Source: Simkaniaceae bacterium
Lineage (GTDB): Bacteria; Chlamydiota; Chlamydiia; Chlamydiales; JAJFMI01
DNA: 24,941 nucleotides
Assembly (NCBI GenBank): GCA_040880145.1
Contig: JBBDIZ010000017.1
Span: 3,119 to 28,059, forward strand
Reading direction: 5' to 3'
The notes beneath the pieces are model-generated. The model was given only the letters and a program-made list of their open reading frames with translations, was not told the DNA's origin and did not search any database. Below are positions 8,951 to 16,375 of the stretch, one piece after another. The first letter of the stretch is position 1. Every line of letters starts with the position of its first letter. The position numbers were made by a program, and so were the translations under genes.

Positions 8951-9268
8951 ATGGATTTGGATTTTTTAAAGTCAGTCGAGGATGGAGCCCAAAAATATAT
9001 TGATAATTTTAACTCTTATTATACGTACGCACCGACCGAAACCAAGGTGTCAGACATTGCACTTGTCGTATCAGTAGCCGTCATCCTGGGGGTGTTGACT
9101 CTATTGCTTGTATCTCAAGGGTTTGTGCTGATTTCGCTATTCTTTCTTATGGCCTCGCTTGCCGCACTCATTTTAATATCTAAATTTTTGATCGGTTCTC
9201 ACATCCCTAATGATGTTAATGAAATATTCATCGAAACGAAGGATTTTATTAAAGAAAAGTTAAATTAA
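8951..9268 (+). CDS. Hypothetical small membrane protein with a bilobed hydrophobic domain (Inc-like candidate)
   Basis: GGAGGT RBS at 8942-8947 and TATAAT at 8922-8927. About 47-aa hydrophobic stretch (IALVV...KFLIG) broken by SQG, with hydrophilic termini and no signal peptide. Confidence 0.7.
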   Translation: MDLDFLKSVEDGAQKYIDNFNSYYTYAPTETKVSDIALVVSVAVILGVLTLLLVSQGFVLISLFFLMASLAALILISKFLIGSHIPNDVNEIFIETKDFIKEKLN

Positions 9269-9297
9269 TTTTTGTAATTGAAAAATAAATCTAAAAT

Positions 9298-9344
9298 GAG
9301 AAAGGAGATGATTATTTAAAATCATCTCCCTTCTCTATTTTTTT
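9298..9344. terminator. Intrinsic terminator hairpin between convergent orphan genes
   Basis: GAGAAAGGAGATGATT (9298-9313) / AATCATCTCCCTTCTC (9320-9335) pair 15/16 and are followed by a T tract. Confidence 0.8.
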
Positions 9345-9354
9345 ACAAAGAAAA

Positions 9355-9678
9355 CTATTCTTTATTTAGATCGTAATCAATTTTATTAAATTTATTCCAA
9401 TCTGCGAGTGAATGATTTTTGCTAGCATCAAAATCTGTATAAAACTTTAAATCTTTTTTAATTTTTTGAGCTTTGTCATCTACTTGGGTAGTTACTTTTG
9501 GTTGTGTATATTTCTCGTTAGACCTAAAAGCTCCAAGTCCATCATCTTCTTTATTATTATCAAATATTTTTTCAAAAACATTTTGAATTTTTTGAATAGT
9601 AGAGCTTATAAAATCTTTAATATCAGTTATTCCGTTCATTAAAGCTTCAGGAATTTTATTTAATGAATCTATTTTCAT
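9355..9678 (-). CDS. Hypothetical hydrophilic protein (orphan, AT-rich)
   Basis: 107-aa ORF in very AT-rich DNA, TAAGGT RBS upstream of the ATG, and a shared terminator downstream. No recognisable domain. Confidence 0.6.
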   Translation of the reverse strand: MKIDSLNKIPEALMNGITDIKDFISSTIQKIQNVFEKIFDNNKEDDGLGAFRSNEKYTQPKVTTQVDDKAQKIKKDLKFYTDFDASKNHSLADWNKFNKIDYDLNKE

Positions 9679-9822
9679 AATATTACCTTATTATTTTTTA
9701 TACATTTAATGTTAATGACAATGTCATTTTAGTTTAATTATATAATAATTATTAATATTTATCAAAATAAATAATAAGAACATGATAAGTCCTTAGTATT
9801 TAATGGATTAGGTGAATGGAAT

Positions 9823-9860
9823 TATACTGAAACGAGTTCAAGAATCGATTTTGGACTTGA
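9823..9860. repeat. Short palindromic interspersed repeat, diverged copy 3
   Basis: TATACTGAAACGAGTTCAAGAATCGATTTTGGACTTG aligns with copy 2 (TATACCGAAACAACTTCAAGAATCGGTTTTGGGAGTTG). It abuts the dnaA stop codon. Confidence 0.75.
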
Positions 9861-11216
9861 CTAGAGGTTTACAACGCGCCTTTGGATATCGGTTAAGGAG
9901 CTTGTAACATCTCGATCCTGATTGGAGAGGCTTTTTATGATGCATTTTACACTGGTCATTACTGTAGAATGATCGCGTGAAAAGACCGATCCAATCTTCG
10001 TGTAAGGCATTTTGAGTTTTTCTCGGCATAGGTACATTGCGATTTGTCTCGGCAGGACAAATTCCCGACACTGAGATTTACCTAAAATATCTTCCGTTTT
10101 GATTCCAAAAACCTCAGCTACCGTCTTGAGTATGGTAGAGGAGTTCAGCCCGTTTTTAGTTTCACTTTTGATTAAGTCAGCAAGGAAGGTTCTGGCGTTT
10201 GTTAGAGAGAGTCTCTGCTTGTGGCTTAAGTGAGAGCGTAGAACTAAGCAATCTAGAGCTTTTAGGGCGAGTCCCGGTGATTTAAAGTGATCGAGGATAT
10301 AATCTTGGATATCGCGTTTTAGGGGAAAGCGTATCAATTCTGACCGATCCTGGAGGATTTGCCGCACTTCTGCTTGTCCCACTCGATCGAGCCCAAGCGT
10401 AATCCCCCATTCAAAGCGACTAACAAGGCGCTCCTCGATTTCCTGAAGAAGGCGGGGCGGACAGGTCGCGCTTACGATGATTTGCTTGCTTTGAGTGTGA
10501 AGGGCATTAAAGGTGTGAAAGAGTTCTTCCTGAGTGGCTTTTTTTCTTGCAAGCAGGTGGACATCATCGATGATGAGGACATCAATGTGGCGATAGGTCT
10601 TGCGAAAAGGGTGCATTCTCGATGAACGCATGGCGCTGATGACATGTTCTGAAAAGCTTTCAGCCTTTACATAGAAGACATGTTTGCCAAGGCGCGAGAG
10701 TCCTTTTGCTGCTGCCATGAGAAGGTGGCTTTTCCCTGTTCCCTTAGCCCCGTGCAAGTAGATGGGGTTAAAGGTCCCAAGATCCATGTTCGGGCTTTTA
10801 AAGGCGCCTGTTTTCGTGTCAAATCCCGTAAGTTCGCTTAAAAGACGAAGGGATATCTCTGATTCTTTTACTGTGATGAATTTATCAAAAAGGGCGTAAG
10901 GGTCGAGGCAGTCTGGGGCAAACTGGACCTCTTTTTTCTGCTTTGTCTCTGTGAAATCATTTTCTTGAGTAATGATATTAGAAGGAGAGAGTTGAACCTT
11001 AATTCGGAGATTGCGTCCGTTTGAATCTTTTAGCTCTTTTTCTGCAATAGTTTTCATGTGCTCATCAAACCAATGAGCTTGAAAAGCATCCTTTGCTTCT
11101 AAGACGATTCCTTTGGCATCAGATTTAACAACTTTCATGGGACGAAGCCACTTAATTGTTGTCTCTAACCCAATCTCGCGTTCCTGGCGTTTAATGAAGT
11201 CATCCCACGCTTTCAT
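9861..11216 (-). CDS. dnaA: Chromosomal replication initiator DnaA (chlamydial yidC-linked paralog)
   Basis: FNPIYLHGAKGTGKSHL (Walker A), VLIIDDVH (Walker B), TQEELFHTFN, RLVSRFEWG, PRQIAMYLCR and RDHSTV. ATG at 11216, alternative GTG at 11222. Confidence 0.95.
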   Translation of the reverse strand: MKAWDDFIKRQEREIGLETTIKWLRPMKVVKSDAKGIVLEAKDAFQAHWFDEHMKTIAEKELKDSNGRNLRIKVQLSPSNIITQENDFTETKQKKEVQFAPDCLDPYALFDKFITVKESEISLRLLSELTGFDTKTGAFKSPNMDLGTFNPIYLHGAKGTGKSHLLMAAAKGLSRLGKHVFYVKAESFSEHVISAMRSSRMHPFRKTYRHIDVLIIDDVHLLARKKATQEELFHTFNALHTQSKQIIVSATCPPRLLQEIEERLVSRFEWGITLGLDRVGQAEVRQILQDRSELIRFPLKRDIQDYILDHFKSPGLALKALDCLVLRSHLSHKQRLSLTNARTFLADLIKSETKNGLNSSTILKTVAEVFGIKTEDILGKSQCREFVLPRQIAMYLCREKLKMPYTKIGSVFSRDHSTVMTSVKCIIKSLSNQDRDVTSSLTDIQRRVVNL

Positions 11217-11291
11217 ATACACTCGTGAAATTTAACTTTGTATATTAATGGAAGCGTTTTTTTTTAGCCAGGAACTTCTCTTATTTTTGAT

Positions 11292-13679
11292 TTATGTCTT
11301 TATTTTTTTCTTTAAGGGCTCATCTTTATATCTACGGTTCATATAGGCTTGCTGTAGAACATTAAGAAGCATAGAACTAATCCAATAGAGATTTAATCCT
11401 GATGGAAAGCGGTAGAACATAACCGTAAACACAATGGTCATCATGTTGCCCATTGTTTGGGTTTGTTTTTGTTGGTCTGTTTGAGGGGCGCCTTTGTTCT
11501 TCGCTTGCATCCATCGTTGTTGAAGGAACATGGTGGCTCCGAGAAGAATCGGTAACAGATGAAATTCATTTCCGATAAAGATGATCGGGTAGCTCCAAGT
11601 AAATAGGACATCAGGAGCTGTTAGGTTATTGATCCATCCGGGAATGAAGGGGGCTCCTCGGAGGTCGAATGAGGACTTCAAAAGATCAAACATTCCGATT
11701 AAAAAGGGCATTTGAATCAGTAGGGGTAAACATCCTGAGAAAGGATTAACGCCGCATTCTTTGTAGAGCTGCATCGTTTCAAGTTGGGCTCGTGTACCAT
11801 CGTTTTTATATTTTTTTTGCAGAGCGGTCACTTTAGGCGCAATTTTCTGCATTTTTAGATTCGATTTGATCGACCAGGCATTTAATGGGTAGAGCATAAA
11901 ACGGAGTGCCACGGTGAGCAGTATGATTGAAAATCCCCATGAGTGGGTCATAGAGTAAAAGAGGTTCATGAGTAGAAATAGGAATTTAGCAAAAGGCTCA
12001 GAAATAAAGGAGAGCCAACCATGAAAGCTGATTGCCGAGATGTAGTAGGGATTGTATTGCGTCACGGGATCAGAGTAAATGGCATCGACCTTCTTAAGGA
12101 CGTCGCGTTCTAATGGTCCGGCAAAGAGGCGGTAATTTTGGAGCCTCGAGCTATTCTCTAAGGGGAGAAGCAGGTTATAGCCGTTGTATTTAGATGGGGG
12201 GTAAAGGTCATACTCTTTATCGATAACAGAAATGCGTGTGGGGTCAAAATTACCGGGGATGACCTCGGCCTTCAGGCCGCCTTGGGCTTTTTCTAAAGGA
12301 TCGATCAGTAATGTGAAAAATCCATTCGAGTTACTGATCCAATCGGGCTGAATGTGGCTAAAGGTATTACTCTCTTTTTTCGGGAGTGAAACCTTCTCAA
12401 CTTGAGGTTTTTTACCAAAGGAAGTCCGATATTTTAGAGCAGGGGTAAAGCTATTCGAGATGAGCTCGACCTCCGGAATGCCTGTTGCGAGCCAAAGACC
12501 TCTAGAATCGCCATCGACGCGAATGGAAAGCTCTAGCGTGTAAGGCACAAAGATGCGCTCTTCAGGTAGTTTGTAAGTTTTGATGATACGGCGATTTCTC
12601 ATGGAGGCTTCAAAGACAATCTCTTTATCTGTAAAAGATTTCACATTATAGCGAAGGGATTCCATTTCGGGGTCATCGGAGAGAATCGCAGTTGAATAGA
12701 ATCGAGGCGAGACAACGAAGGAGTTTTCTTTTGATGTGCCTTGGATGCTTCGTCGAACAAGAGGGTAATAGCCTCCCTTAGTTGGATTCTGTAAAACTTG
12801 GTTCCCGGATTGATCGATTACATAGTAGGGGGCGTTGGGGAAAAGGTCTTGGCTTGGATACTCTTTTTCAATCGTGCGGTCAAATCCAATGGGACGGACG
12901 ATGCTTTCTTGATTTTCTTTTGATTGAAAGGGGAGGTTGATTTCGACGATGGAACCCCCGATGTTTGAAAAGACGATCTGTTGAGTGGGAGTCTCTAATA
13001 CGTAAAAAGTTTCATTTGCCTCCAAGCTTTGAATATCGCTTGATTGCATAGAAATGAGTTTATTAAAGGTGTGGTCGGAAGGGAGATCGATAAATTCTTT
13101 TTTTTCAGCCAAGTAATAACCGACGGGAAGATATTGGCCATTAAGCTCATAAAGCGCAAGGGCATCACCGGAGGGAGGGGTATTTGGAAAAAAAACATCC
13201 GTATCGACATAGTTTCCAACTGTAACTGAAGGCGTATCTTCTCCAAGAGTAAGAAATTGAAGGCTGCTTACACCGATTTGAGGCAGGTAGGTTGAAGGAA
13301 GTTTGGGGTTTTGAGAGGAGCTGAAAAGTGAAGGCCTTTTATGATCTCCATTGATTGAAGCGGTAATTTTTTTTCCATCTTGAGTGTAGAGGGTTTCATC
13401 GCTGCTAAAAGCAAGGTAGTTGTCCTTGATAAAATAGGCTTTTGCAGAGAGTTCTCTTCGATCGCTATCTTTATAAAGAGAGACGATTGAGAGTTGATTT
13501 AAAGAGAGGGGGCGAATGTTTAGATTGCCCTCTTTTCTTGCTTCTTGATACTCTTCTGTCGCCTTTTTCTGAGCAAGAGTCTCTTTTAGGCGCTCTTCAT
13601 TTTTTCCACTGAAAAAGTTTTGTATGACGTAAAAAGAGATTACAAGAAAGAAAAGAAAGATAATTGTACGTTTGTCCAT
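11292..13679 (-). CDS. yidC: Membrane protein insertase YidC (long chlamydial form)
   Basis: N-terminal MDKRTIIF TM anchor, FSNIGGSI, WGFSIILLTVALRFMLYPL, GCLPLLIQMPFLIG, WINNLTAPD and PSGLNLYW. Confidence 0.95.
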   Translation of the reverse strand: MDKRTIIFLFFLVISFYVIQNFFSGKNEERLKETLAQKKATEEYQEARKEGNLNIRPLSLNQLSIVSLYKDSDRRELSAKAYFIKDNYLAFSSDETLYTQDGKKITASINGDHKRPSLFSSSQNPKLPSTYLPQIGVSSLQFLTLGEDTPSVTVGNYVDTDVFFPNTPPSGDALALYELNGQYLPVGYYLAEKKEFIDLPSDHTFNKLISMQSSDIQSLEANETFYVLETPTQQIVFSNIGGSIVEINLPFQSKENQESIVRPIGFDRTIEKEYPSQDLFPNAPYYVIDQSGNQVLQNPTKGGYYPLVRRSIQGTSKENSFVVSPRFYSTAILSDDPEMESLRYNVKSFTDKEIVFEASMRNRRIIKTYKLPEERIFVPYTLELSIRVDGDSRGLWLATGIPEVELISNSFTPALKYRTSFGKKPQVEKVSLPKKESNTFSHIQPDWISNSNGFFTLLIDPLEKAQGGLKAEVIPGNFDPTRISVIDKEYDLYPPSKYNGYNLLLPLENSSRLQNYRLFAGPLERDVLKKVDAIYSDPVTQYNPYYISAISFHGWLSFISEPFAKFLFLLMNLFYSMTHSWGFSIILLTVALRFMLYPLNAWSIKSNLKMQKIAPKVTALQKKYKNDGTRAQLETMQLYKECGVNPFSGCLPLLIQMPFLIGMFDLLKSSFDLRGAPFIPGWINNLTAPDVLFTWSYPIIFIGNEFHLLPILLGATMFLQQRWMQAKNKGAPQTDQQKQTQTMGNMMTIVFTVMFYRFPSGLNLYWISSMLLNVLQQAYMNRRYKDEPLKKKIKT

Positions 13680-13715
13680 GATGTTTCTTAGGGCCTTAAG
13701 GTTAAATCAGGCCTC

Positions 13716-13745
13716 AGCATAGCAAACTTAGAGCTAAAAAATCAA
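13716..13745 (-). promoter_or_regulatory. Putative sigma66 promoter for yidC(-dnaA)
   Basis: Minus strand TTGATT, 18-nt spacer, TATGCT, with an extended -10 TG (TGcTATGCT). Confidence 0.45.
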
Positions 13746-15821
13746 TTAAGATTTCGGATTGATTTGATCGCGGCTCTCAACCGTAGAGAGGAGATTGATA
13801 AATCGTGCGCGGTCACGTAAGGAATCGAGCCATTCATCTGTTTGAAGTTGTTCGAATGAGGGAAGAGCATCCAGGGTATCCGCTTTCTCTATAAAACGGA
13901 TGGCTTGATCGGAATTGCCTTGCAGTGCGTAAAGACACCCTAGTTGATAATAGGCGTGAGAGTTTCCAAGTTTTGCCGCGGCGACAAGTTTAGAGTGAGC
14001 CGCTTGATAATAAAGAGCGCTGTCGGAGGAATCGGCTAAAGAGTGTGCAAAATTGATACAGGTCACGCCCCAGTCGAGGAAGAGACGATCGTCTTCTTCT
14101 TGTCTTCTCAATGCAAGGCGATAGTGGTGAAATGACTTGAGGAAGAAATCTTCATTGGATGAGACCTCGGCAAAGTGCGCAAGAACAAGAGCTAAGCGGT
14201 GATGGATTCGAGGGTATTCAGGGTCGACCATAAGGACATGATTCAAGACATCGAGGGCTTTTTGAAAGAGTTCATCACTTCCTTCATAATCTGCGAGCAA
14301 GTCGAGCGCCTGGGCATAATCAAAATACCAATGAGGGTGCTGGTAAATAGAATTGTTTTGAAAGGAAAAGGCGTATTCAAAATGAAAGACACTTTCAGCA
14401 GCACGGTCTTCTTCATCGAGAAGTTCTGCAAGATAGGAGAGAGTCGTTGCAAGTTCGATATGATAGAGGGCATTGAGGCTTAAATCAAGGGCGCGGCGAT
14501 AAAATTTTTCTGCAAGCTGCAAATCTTCAATACAGTCTTCTTTTTTGCCACAGATTGCATAAGTGTGCGCCATTGCATACCAGAGCCTGTGATGCGTGCG
14601 GTCGATCGCAAGGCCGGTTTGAAATTTTTCAATGGCTTGAAAGTAAAGATCGATGTCATCAAAGTAACGAGCAGCCGCTTCTAAAGTGCGGCCATAAGAG
14701 AGGTAAAGAGAGGGGTCATCCTCATAAAGAGAAAGCGCTTCGGAGAGTTTGTTTTGGCCCTCATAAATCAGCGATAAATCTTCCTTTAATTCGCCCAAGT
14801 GAGTCTGAGATTCCGCCCAAAGGTAGTGAAGGGTGGCTGAAGCTTCTTTTAGAAGGAGGCCTCTTTTGCATTTGTCGATAGCAGCAGAAAGTTTTTTCTT
14901 GTCTTGAAATATACGTCCTGAGAAAGAAAGAAGCCGTGCCCATTCTTCCCAGAGTTTAACCTGACCGGGGGCAAGCTCAGCTGCTGTTGTCAACGACTCA
15001 TTCGCTTCTGTAAAAAGGTCGTCATCGAGAGTCATTTCATAGAGGTCGCTTAGCGCTTTTCCTAAGTCATACCAGCATTCAAAAGAAGAAAGAGAGATGG
15101 AGACGGCATTTTTAAGTGAATGGATTCCACCATGGTAAAGATTGATATCATTCACGCATTTCGCTAAAGAAATTGCGCATTTTCCATAGGCTTGCCAGAA
15201 TTCAATAGGAAGTTTTTCACTATAGGATTCCGCTTTTTCAAAGGAGCTCATGGCCACCTTCAAATCGAGGGCTTCTCCAGACTTTAGGCCGATTTCAACC
15301 CAGACAAGAGCGTGATTCCAATAGAGTTCAGCAAGATCACAAGGAGCTTGGCCTTTTGAAAGAGAAAGCGCTTTTGTGAAAACATCTTTTGATTTTTGAA
15401 AATAGTGATGTTCATTTGTTGCTTGTCCAAGAAGAAATAGAGAATGACCAAGCGCCGGATAGGGGTTAAAATAATTTGGATTTAATTGAATCGACATTCT
15501 AAAAAAACGATTTGCTTTCAAAAGTTTTTTTTCTTTTCCGGGGCAAGAGGCATAATCATAAAGAGCCAGCCCCATTTTGTAAAAAAGTTTTTCATTTGTT
15601 GGGTTTAACTTGCTTGCGATATCGAAGTAGCGAAGTCCTGTGATGTCGCCGTGTAGAAGGCGCAGTTCACCTCGATTTAAAAAAAATTCAGCTAGTTCAA
15701 TCGCTTGATCCTTATCGAGCGGCAATGGATCCGATTCGAAGAGAAACTCTTCAACAAGGGAGGGTTTGCTCAAACTAAAAGGATCGTGAAAGAGGGAATC
15801 TGTAAAAGTATGTTTTGCCAT
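13746..15821 (-). CDS. Tetratricopeptide repeat protein
   Basis: Many ~34-aa helical repeats (W..LG..L...A...F..A..L.P). C-terminal AYYQLGCLYALQGNSDQAIRFIEKA...DEWLDSLR 'TPR-end' motif. Confidence 0.88.
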   Translation of the reverse strand: MAKHTFTDSLFHDPFSLSKPSLVEEFLFESDPLPLDKDQAIELAEFFLNRGELRLLHGDITGLRYFDIASKLNPTNEKLFYKMGLALYDYASCPGKEKKLLKANRFFRMSIQLNPNYFNPYPALGHSLFLLGQATNEHHYFQKSKDVFTKALSLSKGQAPCDLAELYWNHALVWVEIGLKSGEALDLKVAMSSFEKAESYSEKLPIEFWQAYGKCAISLAKCVNDINLYHGGIHSLKNAVSISLSSFECWYDLGKALSDLYEMTLDDDLFTEANESLTTAAELAPGQVKLWEEWARLLSFSGRIFQDKKKLSAAIDKCKRGLLLKEASATLHYLWAESQTHLGELKEDLSLIYEGQNKLSEALSLYEDDPSLYLSYGRTLEAAARYFDDIDLYFQAIEKFQTGLAIDRTHHRLWYAMAHTYAICGKKEDCIEDLQLAEKFYRRALDLSLNALYHIELATTLSYLAELLDEEDRAAESVFHFEYAFSFQNNSIYQHPHWYFDYAQALDLLADYEGSDELFQKALDVLNHVLMVDPEYPRIHHRLALVLAHFAEVSSNEDFFLKSFHHYRLALRRQEEDDRLFLDWGVTCINFAHSLADSSDSALYYQAAHSKLVAAAKLGNSHAYYQLGCLYALQGNSDQAIRFIEKADTLDALPSFEQLQTDEWLDSLRDRARFINLLSTVESRDQINPKS

Positions 15822-15856
15822 TTTTTTATCAATATTATTGGGGTCTAAAGATGAGA

Positions 15857-15885
15857 ATTATAGAGGATCCGGATTTTTTATACAA
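15857..15885 (-). promoter_or_regulatory. Putative sigma66 promoter for the TPR gene
   Basis: Minus strand TTGTAT (15885-15880), 17-nt spacer, TATAAT (15862-15857), 35 nt upstream of the ATG. Confidence 0.7.
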
Positions 15886-15988
15886 TCTCTAGAAAAGAGC
15901 TTAGATGGGTTTCTCGACACCTTTTCTAGAATTAAAAATCGATAAACGTTTAAACTTATAGGTTTACGAATCAAAAAAAGGATTATAC

Positions 15989-16375
15989 ATGTTCAAATAT
16001 AGTACAAAAATTTTTATGCGCGGAACAGATATGACGGGAATTCTCTACTTTACCGAACTTCCCCGGATGGCTGCAGAGGCGTTTGAATTTTTTTTAGACC
16101 AAAAGGAAGTATCCATTCGAAACGGAAAGTTTTTTCTTCCAATTGTGCATTTAAATACGAATTACTTTTCCCCTTTTGAATATGGTGATAAGGTTGAGGT
16201 GGATCTTTCCTCTGAAAAGATTGGAAAAAGCTCTTTTACATTAAAGAGTCGATTTTTTTTAGGAAGCCTGCTTAAAAGCGAAGTTGAAATCACTCATGTT
16301 GTTGTTGCAAAAGGCGGGGGGGCATCACAAGAGATTCCCGACGATTTTCGCCTCCTCTTGGAGGAGCTCAAATGA
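15989..16375 (+). CDS. 4HBT-family hotdog thioesterase, probable 1,4-dihydroxy-2-naphthoyl-CoA hydrolase
   Basis: R.TDMTGILYF motif with catalytic Asp, LPIVH....Y..P...GD and KIGKSSF. It sits beside the men operon, which otherwise lacks this step. Confidence 0.8.
   Translation: MFKYSTKIFMRGTDMTGILYFTELPRMAAEAFEFFLDQKEVSIRNGKFFLPIVHLNTNYFSPFEYGDKVEVDLSSEKIGKSSFTLKSRFFLGSLLKSEVEITHVVVAKGGGASQEIPDDFRLLLEELK

Noticed and set aside
9679..9860. oriC candidate (AT-rich region adjacent to dnaA)
   Set aside because: No TTATCCACA-like DnaA box cluster is visible here or upstream of dnaA. The region is better explained as the promoter of the AT-rich orphan gene plus a repeat copy.
2..9860. CRISPR repeats (palindromic 38-48 nt sequences)
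   Set aside because: Copies are kilobases apart, not identical, not separated by regular spacers, and no cas genes are present.
9838..10071. 77-aa ORF overlapping the dnaA 3' end
   Set aside because: Alternative frame of dnaA running into the repeat, with no independent evidence of coding.
11292..13679. Unusually long YidC (795 aa) as a novel fusion
   Set aside because: An extended periplasmic region is typical of chlamydial YidC, and no second domain is recognisable.
14199..14943. Several short alternative-frame or antisense ORFs inside the TPR gene (and similar ones inside the CBS genes, glgX, dnaA, yidC and the men genes)
   Set aside because: They lie within well-supported genes and have no recognisable motifs, consistent with shadow ORFs.
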